64,000 nucleotides of DNA from Thermoanaerobaculia bacterium (GTDB lineage Bacteria > Acidobacteriota > Thermoanaerobaculia > Gp7-AA8). The stretch spans positions 4,899,892 to 4,963,891 of the forward strand of contig OY970284.1 of assembly GCA_963715895.1 (NCBI GenBank). The letters run 5' to 3'. Within the stretch, counting starts at the first letter, position 1, and every line of letters begins with the position of its first letter. Below, in pieces: positions 17,592-27,055 of this stretch. The position numbers and the translations under genes were made by a program. The notes under the pieces were generated by a model. That model was not told where the DNA came from and searched no databases. It worked only from the letters and a program-made list of their open reading frames with translations.

Positions 17592-18151
17592 AGAGGCATT
17601 GCATCGCGCTGTTGCTGATGCTGGCAGCGTTCACGGCAACGGCAGGCGACGCTCCGTCACGGCCGGCTCCCGACGCCGCCGCGCACTATTTCGCCGGGCT
17701 GGCCCTGGTCGATCAACACGGCAGCAAGGTCGACTTGTACGAGGACCTGATGCGCGGCAAGGTGGTCATCATCAATAGTTTCTTTGCCACCTGTCACGGA
17801 AGCTGCCCGGTGATGATCTCCACGTTTAAGAAGATCGAGGATGCCTTCAAGGATGACGACCACATCTCTCTCATCTCGATCACGGTCGATCCCGCCAACG
17901 ACACGCCGGCCAAACTGGATGAGTACGCGAAAAACGTGAATGCCCGGAAGGAGTGGCACTTCCTCACCGGCACGCCGCAGCAGGTACAGACCGCGCTCGC
18001 AAAGTTCGGACTGGCCGTCGACATCCGCGACAATCACTCCAATGTCGTGATGGTCGGCAATCTCAACACCGGCCTCTGGAAGAAGGTCCTCGGCGTCGCG
18101 GAAAGCGCCAAAGTCATCGACGCTGTCCGGAGTGTCGTCGAAGATAAGTGA
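17588..18151 (+). CDS. SCO1/SenC family copper chaperone, second tandem paralog
   Basis: FATCHGSCP CxxxC motif and SITVDPANDTPAKL. ATGA overlap with the upstream gene. Confidence 0.8.
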   Translation: MKRHCIALLLMLAAFTATAGDAPSRPAPDAAAHYFAGLALVDQHGSKVDLYEDLMRGKVVIINSFFATCHGSCPVMISTFKKIEDAFKDDDHISLISITVDPANDTPAKLDEYAKNVNARKEWHFLTGTPQQVQTALAKFGLAVDIRDNHSNVVMVGNLNTGLWKKVLGVAESAKVIDAVRSVVEDK

Positions 18152-19395
18152 TCCTTCTCCCCCTCCTCGCAGCCGCGGCGCTCTCCGCGTCCGAAGCGCG
18201 CGGACGCGAGATCTACCTCCACGGCCGGAGTGGCCGGGGGACGCCGATCACGGCCGTGGTTAGCGATGGCGGCGCGGAGGTTCCAGCGTCGGTGATGCCG
18301 TGCGGGAGCTGCCATGGCCCAAACGGCCGCGGCAAACCCGAAGGGGGAGTCGTTCCCGCGCGCATCGATTGGGAAACGCTGACGCGGCCACTGGACGGTG
18401 AAGGGCGAAAGCGGCCGCCCTACACCGAGGCGCTGGTCCGGCGCGCCATCACCATAGGAATCGATTCCGGCGCGAAGGAGCTGCAGAGCGTCATGCCGCG
18501 CTATCGCTTCCGGCGTGACGACATCGACGATCTCGTGGCCTATCTCAGGAAGCTCGGCAGCATCGCACCGCCCGGTGTTCACGACGACGTCGTGCGCATC
18601 GGTGTGGCGTCGCGCGACCTTGCGGCGCTGCAAACGTATGGCGGCACGCTGCGCATCTACGACCGCCGCGTCGCCTTCGAACCGGCCGAGCGCGTCGATG
18701 ATGCGGATGACTTCTTTGCGTATATCGACGTGCTCGATTCCGCCGGCGACATCCCGCAGATCCTGGCCACACCGGGAGGCGTCTCACTTCCCCAACTTGG
18801 CAGCGGGCAGTTCGCTCTGTTCGCAGGCGTGGCACAGCAAGCGGCGGCGCTCGTCCGCACGGGTGCCAAACGTTTGCCGGAGAGTCAGCGCACGCTGGCC
18901 ATCGTCTATCGCGATGCCGGCTGGCGCGACACCGCGGAAGAGTTGCGAGCCCTCGCGCTCGCGAATGGCTGGAAATCCACGATTGCCGGTCCTTCGGCCG
19001 GTGATGCACGCGCCGTTCTCCTCCTCGAGCACGCTGTCCCGCCGGAAGGCCGCCTGGTCATGTTGCCCGCATCGCTCGCGGACGCTACGGTGTTCGATGA
19101 ACAAGGACAGCCTCGCCCCAACGTGGTCCTAGCCTTTCCGGCCGCAGCGATCGGGAACGAAGCAGCGACGTTCAGCGAACGGAGCACGCGCATCGCTCTC
19201 GCGCTCGTCGCAGAAGCGCTCACGCGCAGCGGCCGCGACCTGACCCGGGAGGCCTTCATCACCGCCATCGAGTCGATCCACGACTTCAGCGAAGCGAATG
19301 TGTCGTTCTCACGCGCGCATCACACGGGGGCGGCAGACGTCGTGGTGGTTTCGCGCGGAGAGAAGGGCGTCGAGACGAATCGCGTGACGCCGTAA
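18148..19395 (+). CDS. c-type cytochrome domain fused to periplasmic-binding-protein-like domain
   Basis: The N-terminus has a signal peptide plus the heme-binding CGSCHGPNGRG (CxxCH). The remaining ~300 aa look like a type-I PBP / Leu-Ile-Val-binding-like fold. Confidence 0.65.
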   Translation: MILLPLLAAAALSASEARGREIYLHGRSGRGTPITAVVSDGGAEVPASVMPCGSCHGPNGRGKPEGGVVPARIDWETLTRPLDGEGRKRPPYTEALVRRAITIGIDSGAKELQSVMPRYRFRRDDIDDLVAYLRKLGSIAPPGVHDDVVRIGVASRDLAALQTYGGTLRIYDRRVAFEPAERVDDADDFFAYIDVLDSAGDIPQILATPGGVSLPQLGSGQFALFAGVAQQAAALVRTGAKRLPESQRTLAIVYRDAGWRDTAEELRALALANGWKSTIAGPSAGDARAVLLLEHAVPPEGRLVMLPASLADATVFDEQGQPRPNVVLAFPAAAIGNEAATFSERSTRIALALVAEALTRSGRDLTREAFITAIESIHDFSEANVSFSRAHHTGAADVVVVSRGEKGVETNRVTP

Positions 19396-19402
19396 TTGAG
19401 TC

Positions 19403-20056
19403 TCAACCGCCGAGATCCGGGAGAGCTCTCAGCACGCCTTCGCGGGTCTTCCTCACGCACCACGTGGGATAGTGGGCATAGTCGACATCCGGCTCCGTGG
19501 CCGTCATAAGCATCAGCTCTTCGCATGATTGCCGCACGAACGCATCGACCGCCTCGCGGTGGAGCGGCCGGTCGGGGTGATAATCGCCACCCGCGATCAA
19601 TCCACCGGGCTTAACCTTCGCGTACCAGGAGAGAATCGTTTTGAAGCCCTGCTCGACATTCTGCGTATATCCGTCGTAATAGACGAAATCGAAGTACTGA
19701 TCCTCGAACAGGCCGAGAGCCTGATTAAAGCCGATCCTCAACAGTTTGTAATTTGAGGCGAATCCCATCCGTCGCATTACTGCTTGGTACTCCTGCCTGT
19801 CGTGAGCGGAATCGGAGTAGGAATCGACGCCGATGTACAGGCGGAATCGGCGGGACTGAATCATTCGCTCGGAGAAGGTGCCCGCGGCTACTCCGAGCTC
19901 CACGCCGACGTTGTCATCTCCGTGAAGCAGGCGGACGACGTCGTACCGATTAAAGCCAGTCAGGAGTTTCGGTTGCACGGTCGCGGCCGTGACTGTCGCC
20001 CCCGGAGTACCGTCGCCCTCTGGCATTTCGCTGACAAACCGTGCAGGCTCCGGCAC
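19403..20056 (-). CDS. class I SAM-dependent methyltransferase
   Basis: Motif I GVELGVAAGTFS and an acidic motif II (IGVDSY). Confidence 0.6.
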   Translation of the reverse strand: MPEPARFVSEMPEGDGTPGATVTAATVQPKLLTGFNRYDVVRLLHGDDNVGVELGVAAGTFSERMIQSRRFRLYIGVDSYSDSAHDRQEYQAVMRRMGFASNYKLLRIGFNQALGLFEDQYFDFVYYDGYTQNVEQGFKTILSWYAKVKPGGLIAGGDYHPDRPLHREAVDAFVRQSCEELMLMTATEPDVDYAHYPTWCVRKTREGVLRALPDLGG

Positions 20057-20089
20057 ATCCGTGCCGGAGCCTGCTGCATAGAAACGTGT

Positions 20090-23000
20090 CTACTGCTTCT
20101 TGTTGTCGTCGTTCGACGGCGGCGCCGGGAGGTTGCCATCCACCGTCTTCTCCTTGGGCGCTTCGATCGTGGCGCTCGGGCGTAGCGGGTCTTTGAAGCG
20201 CGTATCGGTACTGGTCGTGATCTTCCGCGATACCTTCGTCGGTGCGGTGACCTTCTCGATCGATACGGCGGCGTATCCGCCGTTCGGGGAGACGGCCACG
20301 ATGCGCGTGATCGCGGGCATCGCGGTCTTGTTCGCGGGGATCGACCAGCGTCCGCCGGTACCGACGGTGGCTGTGCCGATCTTGGTGCCCGGCTCGTCCG
20401 AATCGTTGCTCTTTGCGTAATAGACGTCGACGGTCGAGGCCAGCGTACCGTTCTTCGCGTCGCTCCCTTCGCCGAGGTAGACGCCAGTCGTGCCGTGGAT
20501 GTAGAGCGCTCCGTTGTAATACCTCGGCGAACAACTCACCGTGTCCTTACCAGGATCGCCGACGCGGACCAATCCCCAGAGGCCGCTCGTGAACATGAAG
20601 CTGCCCGGAATCGTCCGGTAGATGTAATCGCCGGTCACCTTCGTCTTGCCACCGGCACTGGCCTGCACGATGTCGTACGAACTGTTCACCCCGTAGGCAT
20701 CACGGGAGCCGATGTGCTGCGACATCGGGTTCTCGGCAGAGGTGTCGCCGACGATCGACGTCGAGTCGTGGGAATACGGCTCCTCCTGCCAGACGTGGCC
20801 ATGCAGCGTCAGAATCTGCTGATCGCCGCTGCCGCGCGGGTGCGTGAGCCGCATCCGGAACGGCTTGCCGGCCGCGGCGAAGAAGACCGGCGTCTGCGGA
20901 TCGCCGCCGACCTGGCTGTTGGAGAGCACGCGGAAATTGTCGAAGTCGACCGGATTGATGGTGTTGTTCAACCGGTAGCCGACCGGCTCCGCCTTGTAGT
21001 TGAGCATGACCTGGGCGGTGCGGTCGTCAGAACCGCCGCCGGTGGAGTTGTTCGTCTTGCAGGGATTGGATGTACACGGCGGCCAGACCACGCCGATATC
21101 GTCCTGCGTGACGAGCACGAACTCGCGGAAGAGGAAGGGGCCAGGATTCTTGCAGTCTCCGCCGCCGTAGACATTCGCCGAGGCGTAGGTGTGCGTGGCG
21201 TACGGACCACTGCCCGGGTTCATGACGTCGGGACAGGCCACCGCGTTCTTCGGCTCGATGACGAGACCGCCGACCAGACCGTGGTTGTCCTGCTCGAGCG
21301 GGTCGGCGGGAATGAGGTTGGCGGAGCCGAATTCCACCGGCTCGCCGGAGATCTTTCCGTTCTCGTCGATCGACGTCCTACCGGCGTACCACCAGTAGGT
21401 ACGCGAGGCGCCGGCGCTGATGGTCTGGGAGGGATTGAAGCCGACGTTGATGCCGGCGTTCTTCATGGCGTCGAAGGCCAGGAGCGTCGGCGTGAGACTG
21501 GCCTGCGTCGACGCTGTCAGAGTGATCTGCGGCTGGAACAGCGGCTTCGATGAGGCACCGGCGGAGTTGAAGACGTTCGCCGTCGTCTTGAAGTTGTTGT
21601 ACAGCGTCACGCCGACACACTCGCCGGCGTTGGCGCGAAGAATCAGAGGTTCGGTCGCGTAGGGATTGTCCTTCATCACGTACTGCAGCGGGAACTTGTT
21701 GACGATCGGATTGGCGTCGCCGGTCATGCCGGAGCCACGCGAATTGATCACGATCTGCGTGGGGCTGGTGGCATTGACGTAGTACCTGCGCTCCGGTGCG
21801 TTGGGTGGGCAGCTATAACCCTTCTCGGCGTTCGCCGGTGGCGGCACCGGCTTGATGACCGGATTGGTTGCCGTCGTTACGAGGTCTGCGCGGTTGCCTT
21901 TGTAGGCGCGCATGATGCCCCACATCCCGTCGATGATCCCGTGCGCCGCGTTCGCGTAGTCGGGTGTGTAGAGGTAGTCGGTAGCGTTATGCGCATAGTC
22001 GGTGGACGGGCTGGCACGAGGAACCCGGAAAAGGAACTCGTAGTGCTCGGAGATGCCGATGGCCTGGTTGTTCCGGAAGCCGGAGCTGCCGTGATCGTCT
22101 CCGTTGGCCGGCTCGAAGAGCCAGTTCGTACCGAAGATGGCGAAGTCGTGCGGCAGCATGTGCGCGCCGGCGATGAGGCGTACCTGGACGTTGTCTCCCT
22201 CGTACGCGCGCAACAGCGGCGTAAAGGGGTCGCCCGGCTGCATGTCGGCCGTGAGCGGCTTCTTGGGGAAGATGAATCCCTGCGTGTGATTCGGACAGAT
22301 CAGCGAGCCGGGAGTGGGCTGTTGATTGATGGCCGGATCAGCGCGCGTAATGTTCGAAAGGAAGACGTGGGCCGGGTCTTTGGCCCCGGAGCCCGGCGCG
22401 ATGAATGGCGCCGTACCGCACTGCGCATCGTTGGTATAGAGGTTGGCGTTCGTCTGGCCGACCAGGCGGAACGGCAGCGGTTCGTTGCGGTAGTTGAAGG
22501 AGAGCGTCCCGTTCGTCGGGCCGGCGCTGATGAGCTGCGGCATGCCGAACGACGGCTGCTCGATCACGTTCGGATCGGTCCATCCTGAATTCTGGGAATT
22601 GGGGTTGTACGGCGGCGAGCTGGCCGTGGTGCGCGAGCCGGCGGCATAGGCGAGCTGGAAATCCTGCAGCCCGATGGCGAACTCACGGAAGTTCCACTGC
22701 GGCGTATCGGGCTTGCCCTTTGTGCTGATGACCGCGTTCCAACTGGTGGGCCCGCCGTCCGTGCGGGTATGCATCGGGGCGCCGGTCTCCCCCTGTCTCC
22801 AGGTGGAGTGCTCGGGCTCGACGAGAAGGGCGGCATAGAGGCCGGCCTGTTGATGCGTCGAGGGGCTGAAGTGATCGTGCGTGAAAACGCTGCGGATGGT
22901 ACGGTCGTCACCCTTATTGTCGATGAGCGGGTCGGCGAACCAGCGCTGCACGGTCGTCTGCGCGCCTGTCCAATCCGGCTGGCAGTTGGAGCCGGTGCAA

Positions 23001-25759
23001 ATTTCCGCAGGCGGCGGTTCGGCCGTCAGCGTCAGCCGCGCCGGGCCGCCGGAATTGCACTTGTTGATCGTGGACCCATCGGCGGCAAGGCCTCCGCACT
23101 TGTTGATTCCGTTGATGCGGCTCACAACTTCCTCGGGGCTGAACGTGCCGTCTTCGTAGTTCCATCCGTTGCCGGCGCCATCCGATGAGGTTACGTCGAA
23201 CTTCACCAGATGAATGTGCTGTCCGATGACGTCGGTCGGCGTGCGCACCTGGAAGTTGTCGAGGTTGTAGATCTTCGGCACGAGGTTGGTGTGCCAGTAC
23301 TCCACTCCCTGCCCGGAGTTGGCGCGGAAGAAGAACGGCTCGGGCGGACGGTCGCCGCTGACTGTCGGCACCACGTCCTGCCAGAGCGTCAGCAGACGTG
23401 ACTGCGGGTAGTGCCACCCCTTCTTGTTGAAGACGAAGTCGGTCTGAACAACCGCCGCCTTGTAACGGATCCAGTCCTTCGGATCGATCGGCTGGCATTG
23501 GTCCGCGGGAGGAGGAGGATTGTCGGGATTCCAGGGAACCAGACCGGGGTCGGCGTACGGTGCGCCCGAGGCGGGCGGAAGCCCGTTCGTCCTGTAGCCT
23601 GGCTTGGCCGGGGCGCCGTCAGGGAAGAACGACGGGTGGAAACAGACCGAGTGGTACTTCATGGCCACCTTCTCGGACGGCGTCCCATCCTCCGGCAGCC
23701 GGTAGGCGTTGATGAAGTCCATCTCCTTGGTGAAGTCGAAGGCGGTGTGATGCTCCGTTACCTTGGCGTTGAGGATGATGTGCCGGAACAGACCGCCGTT
23801 GAGCTCTTTCCCCCCTTCGTTGGCGAAATCGAGCGGCGGATGCGGCGAGCGCGCGCCGGCCACCCCGGGGATGAAGAACGGGTAGCCGGGATTGACGTTC
23901 GGATCGGAATCGGCGCGGTAGCCGATGGGAGACGATCCGCCGTTCGGATCGGGGACGGCCACGATCTTGACCCAGCCGGGCATCGGCGGCATGGCAATCG
24001 CCGGCATCGGGATGAGCCCCGGAATCGGTGACCCCTCCGGGATCTCCGGATCGGGAAGTGCACGCGCTCCCGCCACGGGGATCCCGTTCCCATCGAGCTC
24101 CGTCCCTGCCTCGTAGACGTCATGCGTGCGCCAGAGGCTCCACATGCCGGCCGCGAAGTGCGGATAGAAATGACAGTGGAAGATCGAGTCGCCGACGGTC
24201 TTGTTGCGGTTGCCGCCGCCGTTGTAGTCGATCTCCAGCGTGTAGGCGCTGCCCGGGCTGATCAACTGGCTGTCGAGGTAGGTGCTGGTGTCGTTGTTCG
24301 GCGAGTGGATCCACTGGTGGGCGTGCTGATGATGCACGTGCGAAACGCCGGTGCCGGCGTGAATGATGCGGAACTTGACCCGGTCGTTGATGTAGCTGTG
24401 GTAGACGTTCGAGGGGTCGTCGGGATAGAGCGTCTTGTGTGCCTTGCGGTAGGGCGTGACGCCGGCAGGCGCATTACCGACCACTCCCACGACGCATGGG
24501 ACGGGAGCGAGCGTCTGGTTGTTGAGGCTCGACTTGCCCGCCGTTACATCACCCTGGTTCGTGACGCCGGCGCAAGGCACGTTGGCCGGCACGTCGACAA
24601 CCATGGCCGGATCGCCGACGGTCCAGGCGCTGAGGAAGAACTCTTCGAAGGCGCAGTCGGCGCAGCTTCCCATCGGACCGACGCCGAGGCGGTTTCCGAG
24701 AATCTCGGCGCCGATGGCGCCCGTGCCGTAGTTGATGGCAAAGGCATCGCCGCCGGCCTGCAGCGTCCGCGAGCCGAGGGTCGACTTCGGCTGCCCTGAC
24801 TTAACGTTCTTGCCGAAGATCGGAAAGGCCTGCACGGCGTCGGAGAGCTCGTGGTATTCGATGGTGAACTCACGGTAGGGCTGGAGGCGGTCCGGCTCGG
24901 CCGGGTTCTTGAAGAACTGCGGTTGCCCGTCGTCTTTGAAGAGATAGCCGTTTTTCGGATCGCCGGTGATGATGGCGGTCAGGTCGGTATAGATGATCTC
25001 GTTGTTGTCATCGAGCATCCGAAGGACCGGCACGCCGCCCGACTTCGCTTCGTAGTCGATCTTCGGCTGGTTGAGCGGTGTAACGCCCGGCGAGGCCGCG
25101 GACAGCTCCTTGGCCGTGACCTGGCTGCGGTACCAGAACGAGCCCCTCGGCTGCACGTTCACGGCGCCGAAAAGGCCGGCGGTCTGCTGCGCGCCATCGT
25201 CGGGAAGGTTCTCGCCGGCCGTGACCGCGCCCATGGTGTTGGCGAGGTATGGCCCTTCCTTCGTGGCGCGGATCACATACGTCTTCGTGTTGCCGGGGGC
25301 GACGGCCGGAGCGAGGGCGTTTGGGTTCGCACCGACGAACGAGCCGTCGTCGTTGATCGACCCCACCAACTCCATGCCGGCGGCATGGAATGAGGCCTGC
25401 CGGGTGGCTGGCTGGGTCGTCCCCGGCACCGGCGTGTTCAGCAGAAGGTTGGTGAACGTGATGGCCAGGCAGTCGCCGACATTGGCGCGCAGCACCATCG
25501 GCCGCGGGCGTTTGTCGGGCCGAAGCACGGCGTTGCCCGGGCCGAGCGGCTTGGTCGTGTCGGACGGGACAACGTCACGCTTGAGCGCGAACATCATCCC
25601 CTCAGCCATGGCCGCCCCGAGGCGGTTGATGAAGTAAGGCTGATCGATCGCCACCACGTCCGCTTTGATGACGCGGTCACAACCGGAGTACTGCGCTTCC
25701 GCCGAAACGGCTGCGAAGATCGACAGGGCGATGAGCACGAACAGGATTGGACGCCGCAT
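20090..25759 (-). CDS. giant secreted multicopper oxidase (1889 aa, multiple cupredoxin domains)
   Basis: The signal peptide is MRRPILFVLIALSIFAAVSAEAQ. Cu-ligand motifs include HCHFYPHFAAGMW (HCHxxxHxxxxM), HVHHQHAHQW, HDHFSPSTHQQAGLY and HIHLVKFD. The ORF is uninterrupted for 5.7 kb. Confidence 0.8.
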   Translation of the reverse strand: MRRPILFVLIALSIFAAVSAEAQYSGCDRVIKADVVAIDQPYFINRLGAAMAEGMMFALKRDVVPSDTTKPLGPGNAVLRPDKRPRPMVLRANVGDCLAITFTNLLLNTPVPGTTQPATRQASFHAAGMELVGSINDDGSFVGANPNALAPAVAPGNTKTYVIRATKEGPYLANTMGAVTAGENLPDDGAQQTAGLFGAVNVQPRGSFWYRSQVTAKELSAASPGVTPLNQPKIDYEAKSGGVPVLRMLDDNNEIIYTDLTAIITGDPKNGYLFKDDGQPQFFKNPAEPDRLQPYREFTIEYHELSDAVQAFPIFGKNVKSGQPKSTLGSRTLQAGGDAFAINYGTGAIGAEILGNRLGVGPMGSCADCAFEEFFLSAWTVGDPAMVVDVPANVPCAGVTNQGDVTAGKSSLNNQTLAPVPCVVGVVGNAPAGVTPYRKAHKTLYPDDPSNVYHSYINDRVKFRIIHAGTGVSHVHHQHAHQWIHSPNNDTSTYLDSQLISPGSAYTLEIDYNGGGNRNKTVGDSIFHCHFYPHFAAGMWSLWRTHDVYEAGTELDGNGIPVAGARALPDPEIPEGSPIPGLIPMPAIAMPPMPGWVKIVAVPDPNGGSSPIGYRADSDPNVNPGYPFFIPGVAGARSPHPPLDFANEGGKELNGGLFRHIILNAKVTEHHTAFDFTKEMDFINAYRLPEDGTPSEKVAMKYHSVCFHPSFFPDGAPAKPGYRTNGLPPASGAPYADPGLVPWNPDNPPPPADQCQPIDPKDWIRYKAAVVQTDFVFNKKGWHYPQSRLLTLWQDVVPTVSGDRPPEPFFFRANSGQGVEYWHTNLVPKIYNLDNFQVRTPTDVIGQHIHLVKFDVTSSDGAGNGWNYEDGTFSPEEVVSRINGINKCGGLAADGSTINKCNSGGPARLTLTAEPPPAEICTGSNCQPDWTGAQTTVQRWFADPLIDNKGDDRTIRSVFTHDHFSPSTHQQAGLYAALLVEPEHSTWRQGETGAPMHTRTDGGPTSWNAVISTKGKPDTPQWNFREFAIGLQDFQLAYAAGSRTTASSPPYNPNSQNSGWTDPNVIEQPSFGMPQLISAGPTNGTLSFNYRNEPLPFRLVGQTNANLYTNDAQCGTAPFIAPGSGAKDPAHVFLSNITRADPAINQQPTPGSLICPNHTQGFIFPKKPLTADMQPGDPFTPLLRAYEGDNVQVRLIAGAHMLPHDFAIFGTNWLFEPANGDDHGSSGFRNNQAIGISEHYEFLFRVPRASPSTDYAHNATDYLYTPDYANAAHGIIDGMWGIMRAYKGNRADLVTTATNPVIKPVPPPANAEKGYSCPPNAPERRYYVNATSPTQIVINSRGSGMTGDANPIVNKFPLQYVMKDNPYATEPLILRANAGECVGVTLYNNFKTTANVFNSAGASSKPLFQPQITLTASTQASLTPTLLAFDAMKNAGINVGFNPSQTISAGASRTYWWYAGRTSIDENGKISGEPVEFGSANLIPADPLEQDNHGLVGGLVIEPKNAVACPDVMNPGSGPYATHTYASANVYGGGDCKNPGPFLFREFVLVTQDDIGVVWPPCTSNPCKTNNSTGGGSDDRTAQVMLNYKAEPVGYRLNNTINPVDFDNFRVLSNSQVGGDPQTPVFFAAAGKPFRMRLTHPRGSGDQQILTLHGHVWQEEPYSHDSTSIVGDTSAENPMSQHIGSRDAYGVNSSYDIVQASAGGKTKVTGDYIYRTIPGSFMFTSGLWGLVRVGDPGKDTVSCSPRYYNGALYIHGTTGVYLGEGSDAKNGTLASTVDVYYAKSNDSDEPGTKIGTATVGTGGRWSIPANKTAMPAITRIVAVSPNGGYAAVSIEKVTAPTKVSRKITTSTDTRFKDPLRPSATIEAPKEKTVDGNLPAPPSNDDNKKQ

Positions 25760-25913
25760 GGAACCTCCTCATCTGCCAGATGACAGTGGAACTCTCATGA
25801 CATCAGTGAACGAATCTCGGATATAAGTCAGATATAAGAAAGACGCCCGGCCAGGCCTGGTTGTGAACAAACCTTCACAAGTGGCTCCCCCCGGGCGTCT
25901 ACCGAGGCGGCTG

Positions 25914-26687
25914 ATGTTTCATGTCATCGTCAATTGCGGCTTCTGCGAGAGGGAGATCGCCCGCTGCATCGACTCCCTGAAAATGCAGACCCACCGCGAA
26001 TGGAAAGCCTGGGTGAACGTCGACCGCAACGGCGACGACACCTGCCGCAATGCCGTGACCGCGGCGGCGGGCGATCCCCGCTTCGACATTTCCCGCAACG
26101 AACGCCGGCTCTATCCGATGGAGAACATCCTGCGCACCATCGCCCGCAGCGGCGCCGGCCCCGAGGACGTGATCGTCATCGTCGACGGAGACGACTGGCT
26201 GATCACCGAGCGCGCCTTCGCTGTCATCGCCGAGACCTACGTGCGTTCGGACTGCTGGCTCACCTACGGAAGCTGGATCAGCGACGATCCCCGCTCCCCC
26301 GGACGCTGGCCGGCCTACGAAGAGGGAACCACCGACTTCCGTTCAGCCCCCTGGCTGGGAACGGCCGTCCGAACCTGGAAGCGCTGGCTGTTCGACCGGA
26401 TCGACGACGCCGACTTCCGCGATGAGCGCGGCCGCTATCTGCGCCTGACCGAGGATGTCGGCTGCATGTTTCCGATGCTGGAGATGGCCACCACCGCCCG
26501 CGCACGGCACATCGCCGAGCCGCTCCTTTTCTACAACCGTTCCAGCGATCACGATTCCGGGCGTTCCCTCGCCGACGAGGGACGCCGCAATACGGTCTAC
26601 CTCCGGGGGCGTCTGCCATACGCGCCGCTCGCGGAGAAGCCGCCTTTCCGTTCACAGACGGCCCTCCACAGCCGTCTTTCCACATAG
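25914..26687 (+). CDS. GT-A fold glycosyltransferase-like protein
   Basis: N-terminus MFHVIVNCGFCEREIARCIDSLKMQTHREWKAWVNVDRNGDDT (Rossmann-like, GT2-style) and a DxD-like VIVIVDGDDWL. The start is the internal Met, since the ORF's first 17 aa lack an RBS. Confidence 0.55.
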   Translation: MFHVIVNCGFCEREIARCIDSLKMQTHREWKAWVNVDRNGDDTCRNAVTAAAGDPRFDISRNERRLYPMENILRTIARSGAGPEDVIVIVDGDDWLITERAFAVIAETYVRSDCWLTYGSWISDDPRSPGRWPAYEEGTTDFRSAPWLGTAVRTWKRWLFDRIDDADFRDERGRYLRLTEDVGCMFPMLEMATTARARHIAEPLLFYNRSSDHDSGRSLADEGRRNTVYLRGRLPYAPLAEKPPFRSQTALHSRLST

Positions 26688-26719
26688 GGGTGTGCCGCGA
26701 CGCACGCCGGAGGTCTGCT

Positions 26720-27046
26720 ATGGACAAATGGAACATTGGTTATGAGGGCGACAACATCCACATCGTCATTCCGCGCCAGCACGCTTCCGATCTTCTCTAT
26801 GCGCTGACGCTCGGCCTTGGAGGCAACACGCTCGCGCCGGTCAAGCCCGGGAACGGAAACGGCGGGAACGGCGGAGGCGCCGCCACGCCCGCCTCCGGCG
26901 CGTCGCCCGCAACCGGCAAGGCCGGCGGCAAAGAGGGGACGAAGGGCGGAAGCAAGAGCGGTGGAAAGAGCGGCGGCAAAGGTGGCGGAAAGACCGGCGC
27001 CAAGACCGCGGCCAAGACCGCCAAGCTACCCGTAGTCAAGAAGTGA
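26720..27046 (+). CDS. small protein with ~40-aa folded N-terminus and Gly/Lys/Ser-rich disordered C-terminal tail
   Basis: MDKWNIGYEGDNIHIVIPRQHASDLLYALTLGLGGNT followed by GNGNGGNGGGAATPASG...GGKSGGKGGGKTGAKTAAKTAK. It sits between the GT-like gene and the 695-aa gene with short gaps. Confidence 0.45.
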   Translation: MDKWNIGYEGDNIHIVIPRQHASDLLYALTLGLGGNTLAPVKPGNGNGGNGGGAATPASGASPATGKAGGKEGTKGGSKSGGKSGGKGGGKTGAKTAAKTAKLPVVKK

Positions 27047-27055
27047 TCTCTGCCG

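Noticed and set aside
20495-25637. Numerous 60-350-aa ORFs on both strands inside the 5.7-kb multicopper-oxidase gene
   Set aside because: All are out-of-frame or antisense shadows. Only the 1889-aa frame shows copper-site motifs and a signal peptide.
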